Shown here: in pieces, positions 36,916 to 48,900 of the stretch
How positions within the stretch are numbered: the stretch's first letter is position 1
Layout of the letters: each line of letters opens with the position of its first letter
Source of the DNA: Ylistrum balloti
Lineage: Eukaryota
Length of the DNA: 64,000 nucleotides
Assembly (NCBI RefSeq): GCF_031769215.1
Contig: NW_026782361.1
Location: forward strand, 930,001 to 994,000
Direction of reading: 5' to 3'
Notes under the pieces: generated by a model
The model's database searches: none
Seen by the model: only the letters and a program-made list of their open reading frames with translations
Told to the model about the DNA's origin: nothing
Program-made: the position numbers and the translations under genes

Positions 36916-39900
36916 ATGGAGGAACCAAGCAGTGGAGCATATTTGAAAGTCTTAAAAGATGCCAAATCTGACAACGAAAAGTTTGCAGCATTATTGCTGG
37001 TATGTATACAGTGATTTACACACACACAATCAGCTAAGGCCAGAGGGTCAATTGTGGTCTTGATACTATCATTATTTAGATAATGTGTTACTAGTTATAA
37101 AACCGATATAACTGTCATAAGGTTTCCCTGTTGTGTTGTTATTGTGTCTGGGTTCATTGTCAGGTAATTTTGAGACAGGGTCTCATTGTAGTAACTGGTG
37201 GATTCTTCACCGAACAACATACAGGAGGCCTGTCTCATGCCATTCCCAGCAAAAACAGTAGTGTCTTGCCCAAGGACACAACTATGACAGCACAGACTGG
37301 TCTCAGCTTCTAGAGAAACACAACCCCCTTGGGATAGGAGCTGTAGCTAGAACCACACATGATGGTTCTTCACCTGATGTCATGTAGGCTACAACTATTC
37401 CTGCCTTGCGTGATATTGATAAAGAAGCATATATTAGTCACAATAGTTTTTCCTGCTGATATGTATTTGTCATGCCATTATAAAACACAGGCTGATATGC
37501 TTATGTACATGTTAATACACTACCTCAAATTTAAACTAAATTATAATCAAACAATTCTTGTTATTTAAGGCTGTGAAAAAATATGAGCAAATGATATTAT
37601 ATCCTGATTACTTGACCTATGGCGGCAAGATTCACTGCTTTTTCTTGGGACTTTTACTTGTAAGGGCAGATGAAAGTCAGAAGTTACTAGTTAACTGCTG
37701 AAAATTGCTTCCCTCTTGATACAAAATCTCTTTTCCTTTTGTAATATGTAGCTTTTTGCCATTTCAATGAAATTATTTCCGTTTTACTATATTATCTCTT
37801 AAATGTTTGTGACATCAGCTCTTGCCTGAGTTTAAACCTCATCCAGGTTATAACATTTTATTTTATAGTGTTGTATTCAATAATATTTACACTGTAACTT
37901 TCTACCAGGGGAATTAGTTATCCTCAGATGACTTTATTCATTCCCATCTTGTCATGCCTATAATTTATCCCTTCTCTGTTGTATGGTTGATTTATTCGGA
38001 CATTAAGACTTAGATAATCATAAACAATTATTTCATGTTTCAGATTGCGAAACTGACTAAAGCCAAAGCTTTATCAAAGGAAGAAAGGAATGAGATGTTT
38101 TCGACAATTGGTTTGAAGTTCCTTATCAGACTTCTAAAGTCTAGTAAGAATCATTTTTGTAAATCCATGCAAACGAAGGAGAGATGTACATGGGGCTCTA
38201 CCTAACTCCCTTTCACTCTAATTGACTAAAAGAATGTTTCCATTAGCTGATACTAGTAATAAGACTTCTGATTTCTAGTCCCTGTACTTCTACCTATGAC
38301 TGGTATTATGTAAAATGTGACATAAATAAACACTTAAGATAATTTAATGAACTAAAATCTAGATATTATAATGAAAAAATGTCATTTTTTCAATTGGTTA
38401 TATTTGGCAGAAACTGCTCCAGAGGGATGTGCTGTTAGTATGTATCAGTCCATAGCTCTCAGTATTTTGTCTGGTCTGTGTACAGATCCACACCAGGTAA
38501 GAAACATGTTCAAAGAACAAACAAATTTTTTTCTTATATTTGGAAAATTTATTTATTGTTAGTACAGTTATGATGTTATTTTGCTTGATGGCAGTCTGAA
38601 ATGAGTTCATTGGTGCTGTAAAAAATCATGAAAAGTGATAACTGATAACACATATTTTCATTTTCAGAATTATATTGACTGTTTGGCATTTCCATGCTCT
38701 CCAAAATTTTTTTGAGGGAGCATATAGTTGTCGCTTTATCAATCCATCCGTTTAGTATCTGAAGGATAATGAAACTGGTTGCATACATTGTATACATTTT
38801 TCATACACTTGACATGGCTTTAGTATGTAAGACGATGTCGAGTGTATGAAAGTCAAGGTGCATAACTCGTAATTAAGGAGTTATTGCCCTTTGTTAAAAT
38901 TTCTTGTCTGGAGCAAAACTTTGCTTGCATTTAAAATTGAATAACAAAACTTGTGTGTACATTGGTTATACTAAGATCATATGCATTGTACCAAAGTAAG
39001 GGCCTGCAAGTCCCTCAATTACATAACTAACATCCTTTGTTAAAATCTTTTGTCCAAGCATAAATGTATATTGAATTAATGCCAGTGAAACTCACAGCTT
39101 ATGATAAGTACATTTTTGAAAACAGATTCAAAACCTATAATCTTTGAACTCTTGATTGTCTCCCACACAATTTACAATACTAAAATATAAACACACGATG
39201 TCATACTAGTAACACAAGTGCTTATATCTGACATACACACTAAGTATCAGATTGAGTGAAATAAACCCATACATTCATAGCTCACTTATAAGTATGTGTC
39301 AGACACAAATACATGTATGGAACATATCAAAACATTATTCTGGCTTCTTTCAAACTCTTCATTGTAACATATTTTACACAAGTGAGTCATAAATATATTA
39401 CCAAATAAAAATTTCACAGCCAGGAATAATCTCCAATGAAGTTGCTTTCGAGAATTCATCATTTCACTTACACTCTTGATTCCTAATGATATTGGTGCAT
39501 TTCATTTGTTATGTGTCTGCTGAGGAATATTAATGAAATCAACTTCTTTATTGTAATTTTAATAATCTGGAAGTTAAAATGTAAGTGATGTTTTCCATTA
39601 AGGTAACCTTTTAGCATTTTTAACTATTTGTTAATTTCAGATTGCAAAAATAGGACTGGAGAAGCACATCGAAATATTGAATGGGATAGTGTTAAAAAAT
39701 GCAGGGTATGTACCACACTTGTTTATACAACAGAATAGTTTATCTTAACATTTTGAGATTACGATAAACATCCATCATTCCATATAACACTGATTTTAGT
39801 TTTGGTGTTGGCAATGTTAGCCAAAAAGTGCACTTTTCTTGGAGATTAGATATGGTTCCTTAACAACATACTTGTAGATACAGATGTTAACATATTACTT

Positions 39901-42900
39901 AACAGGGAAGATGAGATGGCCACAACAATGGTTGCTGATTGTTATGATATTCTACAAAATCTGGCCAGCACAGCAGAAGGATGTGATCAGCTGTTGGTTA
40001 AGTGGACACCAGTCACACTTTGCAGGGTGATCCTTGACAACCTTTATGGTGAGAAGATAAAAAAATAACAGTAGAACTTGCCAAATACTAAAAAGCATTG
40101 AAACACAATTTAGAGTCACCTGCAGTGAAATGATTTTTGTGTAATGCAAACTTGCAATTATGTTTTAATTGGAGGAGAGGGGGGTGTATATAGTGTTACC
40201 CTGTACCCTTGTCTGTCTGAGCGCCTTGTTCAGAATCATATCAATATTCTGAGGAGAACTTCTCAACAGGTACGGTTCATATTAACCCCACAGTATCATA
40301 ACAAAGTTCTACACCTGATCAGATTCTGGGTTGCATAGGAGTGGGGACATTCATATCTGATACACATTTTCTAGCTATTTAATTTGTTAGCTTTAATTAC
40401 CTTTTGATGTATTTTTCTTTGTAGTGAAATCTTAGAAAATTAAGTGGTGATCTCTTGCTCATTCAGATTCTACCTTTCAAACAGACTGCAAAAGATGTTG
40501 CAGAAAGATGTTTGTAAATACTCTAACCTGTCTAAAACCTGCCTACAGAGGCCACTGAATGAAGTGCATATATCAATCATGCATTAAAACCTGTCTTTGA
40601 AGGTCACTCAAGTGAGCAGAGATGTAGTAATCATACACTCAAACCTATATATAAAAACCACCAAAGGGAACAGATGAAGGATTGTTTGTAAGAAACATGT
40701 GAAAAAAAAAAATTAACTATTCCATTTACAGAATGACATGTATCTAGACATGAATGAAATCATTTTATCTGTCCTCTAGGCTGGAGTGCTTTATCTGTGT
40801 TGTCTTTTTACAGGAGCTGACAGAGCAGAGGGGGTGTTAAAGTGTATGTTGTCTGTGACTGGACCCAGGGTGTGGCTGACACACAGGCAGACTAAACTTC
40901 TTCACAGCATGATGGTGTACCTTGTTAAATCATTCCACAATTTTCAGGTAATGGTATACTGCATGGGATGTTATTAGCATAGGACACACATTTCTTGTAC
41001 ACAGGATTAGCAAATCTCTCACAACATCCATTGTTAGATTTTTTGTCTCGTCTGATATGCCTGATACATCAACACAACATTAGGTACAAAATTATGTCTT
41101 TCTCGAGTATAACAAAAAAGGGAGATTATTAAGTTGAATCAAAGAATTTGCAACTGAGAATAGTTGGTAAAGTTTTCATGCCTAAAATTCTATCACTTGT
41201 TCATGTTTGAGATAGGTTTATCTCAGTTGAATGCTGAGATTGATCAAATCTTTCACCCGTATTGTTTGTGAGATAGATGGATCTGAACCCTCAGGGGGAT
41301 ATCATTTTATAGGATGAATATTATTTTTCTCTTACCCTGCTGGCCATCTTATGTAAAATGTGTTGTTGACAATACTTGGCATTGTTGAAGTAACATCATA
41401 GCAATTCAAGTGGAATCCCCTATCTCAGCTTGTAGAAAATTTTACAGAGGTAAGGGAGTGTATACACCTGTCTCATTTGAATCCACAACTTATTATGAAA
41501 ACATATATATATTGTTGTTTTATAGGCATGTACAATAGAATCTTACACATTATGCGTAAGATTAAATCGTAATGTGTGAAGCGTCTGAGGTGTGGGAATC
41601 TCCACTATTCATACACTGCCCATATTATGCACTGAGACAAGGAGTAAGAGAAAAATAATAGGATGAGATAGGGGGATCTCAGCCCTCGAACACCAGACTT
41701 GCCTCATGTTTGACAACTTAATAATTCCCCCTCAGGTTGAGATCCCCCTATATCACCCTAAAGTGGATGAAAGATTCTCTTAATCTCCTACACATATAGA
41801 TAACAGATTTTATTAGTACAGAATTACACTATAAAGGAATCTTAAGTTAATTTATGAAAGGAGACATGAAGATAAATATAGACCTTTCCTTTTTCACAGG
41901 ATGAAACCAAATTTGAAATGTGTGGCTTTCTGCAACAGATGCTTCAAAGTATTCCAGATGACATGGTAAGTGTAGCCAGAAGGTTTACATAACACAATTC
42001 TCTTGCTTTTCAAAGTAAGATGATTACTATGAACTTAAATAAATCCTGTTATATATGTCTGTTTCACCAATATTTTTTCCAGGTTAACGAATGTAAGAAG
42101 AGTACCTGGCTGCCTGTCTTGGTGAAAACATTGAAAGAAATACTTACCAGTAGATTAGGTAAGGTAGATTGTCCAAGTTCACAATTTGTTGTGCGGAGGA
42201 TAAAAGTGATCAGTATTCTGAGAAGTTAGTTGCCATCTTCTTCATTTAAATTGCAATAAAAAACAAGAAAAAGAAAAGTTGGGTTAGCTACTGATCAATA
42301 GATAATTATCCTTAGTATAGTTTCTATGATGTAGTTTAGTTTATTCTTTCTGACTGGTACTTACATATTAATTCTAATGCTGAGAAGTCAAACATTATCA
42401 GAACAGTATTAAGGTTGAAATATTGCTTTGGAGAACTTACGAAAGACATATATTATGGAAAATGAAAAATTCTGATCAGCCAGTAAATTAAATGTTGCAA
42501 TATGTTTCGTGATGCCGAAGCTGTCGTGCCATTTTTGTACTAGATTTTTAATGCTTGTTCAGGTGAAGACCAGCGGAATCCCACATTGTGCTTGGTGGCT
42601 GTGATAATTGATCGCCTAGGAGTGACCACTGTCCTGCCACCACTAACACCTGACTGCCAGCTCCTCCTGGTCATCACTCACCTCAGTTGTATTGAAATAA
42701 GGATGATCTTGGAAAACTTCTCATTTGAACAGGTGATTGATATTGAAATGTGATATTTACCAGCCAATTTTCATCATAATGTAACTTTCATCTGTCTGTC
42801 CTTTGTTTTGAGCACAGATTTATCATTAATATGAATGTTGATATAATGCATACCAAATCCAGTAATCATATTTTAGGGGCAAATTAACAAGGGGAAAGAT

Positions 42901-45900
42901 GAAAAATAGATTTCACCAGTAAAATGTGAATAATTGATTAATGGAAAGTTTTCCACAATATAGTATAGTGATGGGACAATGCTCAGATATAATCAATTAT
43001 CTAAACAGTAAACCTCATATAATTGTAATTTTATGTTATCAGTCATATGTACTTTAATATTTTCTTGTGTTTTATCAAAAACAAAACTCATATTATGAAT
43101 ACTAGAAATGCTAGTTTACAATAATATTCATTTTTGTTAATTTTAAGGAAGTGAGGTTTATTTGAAGTTACAAATAAAAAAATCTCTGATTATTGAACAC
43201 ACAGTCAGCTGATTATGTGATTGACTAACTTCATCAGAAAGCCTTTCTGATTTGAACTGATAATCAATTTTGAAGAAATTTCCCATTACTTATACAAATG
43301 TAAAATAGTTTACACGTCTGAAAAGTAATTTACATATTTTATCATGTGTAACTCTGCTTAAGAATGACTTTGTGTATGATGTGAAGTTTCCATGGTGATT
43401 TCCTTGATGTGGATCAATGGAATCTTTTTTGTTAGATATGCTACTTTAAGCAATGTGAACATTTAAGCTATTGAAGTGATTTATTGACATTAGAGACTGA
43501 TTTGGGAATTCAGTAATTCTAGATTACTAACAGAAATTCTAGATTAATAGAAACACAAGGTCTAAATCTTTCAATTGTTTAATAGGAACTGGCATTTTAT
43601 CATCATTTCTTAAATCCTGTCACTCTATCAAATTTACTACAGTAACATAAAAAGTGTTCCCTATTTAAAGTAAATTATATCATCATTTCTTACGTTTCAT
43701 CACTCTATAACTTAATTAGCCCACCATCGTTAGATGGTGGGTTATTCAAATCGCCCTGCGTCCGTGGTCCGTGGTCCGTCCGTCCGTAAACAATTCTTGT
43801 TACCGCTATTTCTGGAAAAGTACTGGATGGATCTTTCTCAAATTTCATATGCAGGTTCCCCTTGGTCCCTAGTTGTGCATTGTACCTTTTTTTGACTGAT
43901 TCGAATTCAAGATGGCCGACAGGTGGCCATCTTGGGTTTTGAATGTAAAAGTTTGTTACTGCTATTTCTTGGAAAGTACTGGATGGATCTTTCTCAAATT
44001 TCGTATGCAGGTTCCCTTTGGTTCCAAGTTGTGCATTATACCTTTTTGGACTGATCCGAAATCAAGATGGCCGACAGGCAGCCATCTTGGATTTTGAGAG
44101 TAAAATCTTGTTACTGCTATATCTGAGGAAGTACTGGATGGATCCTTCTGATATTTCATAGATATTGGTTTCCCTTGGTCCCTAGTTGTGCATTGTACCT
44201 TTTATGGACTGATTTGAAATCAAAGTGGCCCACAGGCAGCCATCTTGGATGTCGACAGTAATACAGCACAAGCATATTGTCCATTATCCACCTGTAACTG
44301 ACTGCTATCTAATAATACTTTGGGATCTTTTTCAAATGATATTTGCTAATAGGTGCTTAATAAAAATATCTTGTGCCATCATTGAGTACATTCAATGAAG
44401 ACCAGTTCATGAACATTTACAACATCTGTAACAAACAAAAAAAAAATAAACAAATCTTCAAGAACTGAAAACAGATCCTCAAATGGTGGGTGCCAAGATC
44501 CATCTGGGATCTTTTGTTACAGTAACATTCGAAATGTTCCCTATTTAAAGCCAGAACAATTAAGAACAGTTAGATGATAGATGACATTGGATGTTATTGT
44601 ATACAAATGTACTAGGTTTCATATCATACTTGAAGATTAGATTACTTTTGTGTAAATGTCTTATCAGGTTGTACAAAGGGCTGAGGTGCTGTGTAGCTGT
44701 TACCTATTAATGGAGAACATCATTTATTATATGACCATGTCCCCATCACTAAAGCTGGATGAAAAGCAGGTCACACAACTCCATCATGCCATGGTGGGCT
44801 CTGTCAATGCAATTCTGTGTTTTCTCCAGGAAGTCTCTGAAAGGGAAGACTCACATGTATGTAAATCATCATTGGTGGAAAATATGGAAGATATTTTTGA
44901 AAGGAGAACAGTAGTCTTAGTAGACAAAAACATAAAATATGAAAGAGAAGGTTTTATTATATCATTTTGGTAATCCATTTATCCTATGATTAAGTTATGA
45001 AGAAAGAAGAAAAAAATTACACATTAGTTTTTGGTTCACATGTTAAATTCACTGGGAATGATATAAGTACCACATAGAAAATAGTTTTTGGTTATCTTTT
45101 CATATTTTCAGAAATACCCAGAGCCAGTAGTGATTGCCACAGTGAGAGTCCTGGGGGTGTGGATGTCTGAGGAAACCTCAGCTCTAAAGGAACACACCTA
45201 TGCATTGCTGCCATTTCTCCTCAAAGTCTGGTAAAGTCCTTCTACTTCTGAATGTATTCATAGGATATTTTGTATCCATCACATCAAAGTTAGGTACTCA
45301 CCATCCATTACATCTAAAACGAGAAGTGTTGTGTTGATTTCAGAGAACTTGTATATATATCATCAGTATGCTGTATTTTAAAGTTGCAAGCTTTGAAAAT
45401 TATGTTTTCATTTTAATCTTCATTCTTGCACAATTTGGAATCATGAAAAACTATTTAAGTGAAGAAAGTACGAAATGTAATCTACCCTTGATTTTGTTAT
45501 ATATGCTATATAAAAAGCATAAAAGTATAATTACAACCCTATTTTTTTATCTTGCAGTAAACAACAAGTACAATCTAGAAATACGGCAAAAGGAAGTGGA
45601 GATAGGTGTTCCGAACAACCAGCTGGAATAGCAGACCAACAATTTAATGAAATAAGACCAGCATACCAATCTCAGAAACCTTCAGCAGAAAAGAACACAG
45701 CTAGTCTAGAGACTGCCCAGGAAGGGTTGTTTTCAATGGATGGTTCAGGGTCGAAGGTCACACAGAGGAATAATTCTGTTGAGGAGGTTCTTTCTGCTTC
45801 TATAGAGCATTGTGACATTAAATGTGATATTGATAAATCAGACATTTCTACACAATGTGAGGAGCAAGAGAAACCAGATCAGGGAAATATACAATCTGTT

Positions 45901-48900
45901 AAAATTTCAGAAAATGAAGTGCTAGAAGATGGAAAGAGAAAAGAAAAAAACAATAATGTGACAGATAATTCATCACACAAATCCAAATCAGTGACTTTTA
46001 GCATGGAACTCTGTGGAGACTGTGGGGTCGCTGATGATAATTTACTGCATTCAGAGCCTACAGACAAAAGTATATGCAGTGTGGTAAAATTTGACACTGA
46101 AAATAACTACAATTGCAACAATGTTGATTTATTACGCTTCCTGTTACCAGCTTTCTGTCATTTCATGGCAGAGGATGAGTCACGCCAGATACTGCTTACC
46201 AACCAAACACAGACTCTTCTAGTTGATTACTTTAAGCTCTGTCTCAGCACTGTCATGGAGGGAGAGGACTGCAATGAGGCAAAGGTAATGATAGATTTTG
46301 GTTGATAACAAGACAACAAAGATATTAAAATCAGCCTTTGTCTAATAATAGCTTCATGAGAGATTATGATATTGTAAATCAAGGCAGAGACCAAACAATT
46401 CTTAGTATTGATAGTGTTGGTATCTGAACTGGTCTGTACTTTTTCTGAATTTTTCATGGAGATAGAATACAAACAGTCAAAAGAAGGAGCACCATTAAGA
46501 GGGAGGTTGAATGGTCAAAGGAATGTGTAGCATTAAGATGGAGGTTGAATGGTGAAAAGAATGCGTAGCATTAAGATGGAGGTTGAATGGTCAAAGGAAT
46601 GAGTAGCATTAAGACGGAGGTTGAATGGTCAAAGGAATGAGTAGCATTAAGACGGAGGTTGAATGGTGAAAAGAATGAGCAGCATTAAGACTGAGGTTGA
46701 ATGGTCAAAAGAATGAGTAGCATTAAGACGGAGGTTGAATGGTCAAAGGAATGAGTAGCATTAAGACGGAGGTTGAATGGTCAAAAGAATGAGTAGCAGT
46801 AAGACGGAGGTTGAATGGTGAAAAGAATGAGTAGCATTAAGACGGAGGTTGAATGGTCAAAAGAATGAGTAGCAGTAAGACGGAGGTTGAATGGTGAAAA
46901 GAATGAGTAGCATTAAGACGGAGGTTGAATGGTCAAAGGAATGTGTAGCATTAAGACGGAGGTTGAATGGTCAAAGGAATGTGTAGCATTAAGACGGAGG
47001 TTGAATGGTGAAAGGAATGAGCAGCATTAAGAAGGAGGTTGAATGGTGAAAAGAATGAGTAGCATTAAGACGGAGGTTGAATGGTCAAAGGAATGAGTAG
47101 CATTAAGACGGAGGTTGAATGGTGAAAAGAATGAGCAGCATTAAGACTGAGGTTGAATGGTCAAAAGAATGAGTAGCATTAAGACGGAGGTTGAATGGTC
47201 AAAGGAATGAGTAGCATTAAGACGGAGGTTGAATGGTCAAAAGAATGAGTAGCAGTAAGACGGAGGTTGAATGGTGAAAAGAATGAGTAGCATTAAGACG
47301 GAGGTTGAATGGTCAAAAGAATGAGTAGCAGTAAGACGGAGGTTGAATGGTGAAAAGAATGAGTAGCATTAAGACGGAGGTTGAATGGTGAAAAGAATGA
47401 GTAGCAGTAAGACGGAGGTTGAATGGTCAAAGGAATGAGTAGCGTTAAGTTGGAGGTTGAATGGTCAAAGGAATGAGTAGCATTAAGACGGAGGTTGAAT
47501 GGTCAAAGGAATGTGTAGCATTAAGACGGAGGTTGAATGGTGAAAAGAATGAGTAGCGTTAAGTTGGAGGTTGAATGGTCAAAGGAATGAGTAGCATTAA
47601 GACGGAGGTTGAATGGTCAAAGGAATGTGTAGCATTAAGACGGAGGTTGAATGGTCAAAGGAATGTGTAGCATTAAGACGGAGGTTGAATGGTGAAAGGA
47701 ATGAGCAGCATTAAGAAGGAGGTTGAATGGTGAAAAGAATGAGTAGCATTAAGACGGAGGTTGAATGGTGAAAAGAATGAGTAGCGTTAAGACGGAGGTT
47801 GAATGGTCAAAGGAATGAGTAGCATTAAGACGGAGGTTGAATGGTCAAAGGAATGTGTAGCATTAAGACGGAGGTTGAATGGTGAAAAGAATGAGTAGCA
47901 TTAAGACGGAGGTTGAATGGTGAAAAGAATGAGTAGCATTAAGACTGAGGTTGAATGGTCAAAAGAAGGAGCAGCATTAAGACGGAGGTTGAATGGTCAA
48001 AGGAATGTGTAGCATTAAGACTGAGGTTGAATGGTCAAAAGAATGAGCAGCACGAAGACTTGGGGTCAAATGGTCAAAAGATGGAGTAGATTAAGACAAA
48101 ATGAACGGTCAAAATTAAGAGTAGCATTAAGTATGAACACATATTTCAGGTCTTGTAAAAGGTTGTTCCTTTAGTTTTTGTAGGGTAAATATTGAAGAAG
48201 GCAAATGGCACACTTATTGTTAAAATGTTAAGGGTGGATGTATTTTTGTTCAAGAAACAAAATAGCACATTTTAGTACATCTTCATTTGTCAATCCTTTT
48301 TGTATATCTTCATCTGTCCATTTCAGAGAAGATTGCTAATGGTATGTTGAGCCTTAACAGATCTGAAACATTTTGTGGGAGTTTGCTTGTGGTTTGTAGA
48401 TTATTAATGAATCTGTGAAAAATTTCAGGGGAGTTTGCTTGTGGTTTGTGGAGCCTTAATGAATCTGGTGGTGTTGGAGAAAGATCTGATCAGCAAGGAT
48501 GAGGACATGCATATCCTATGTCAGGCTGTGGTGGAAGCTGTACCTGTTCTCTGTAAGTACATTGTATAGAGTGTTCCTTTTAGCATTGAATTTCTTTGTA
48601 AATGTTTATTAGATTTGTAAACAAACACAGGCGAATTAACAGTTTAGCCTTAACAACAATTATATTTTTCATACTTTGTTATAGCTAACCGAGAGGATTA
48701 TCTGATTCTATGGTGTAACCTAGTCACATTAGGAATGTTCCTGTTACTACGACAGTACAAAACCTCGAGAGGTAATGTAACCATACTTGTGTTGAACAAG
48801 GTCTGGATCCAAAAAATCCTGCACCTGTAATGTCAAGCATATTTAGAATCTGAACATGTAAAGTCAAGATACTTAAGGTCTGTACAAGTAAAATCAGGGA

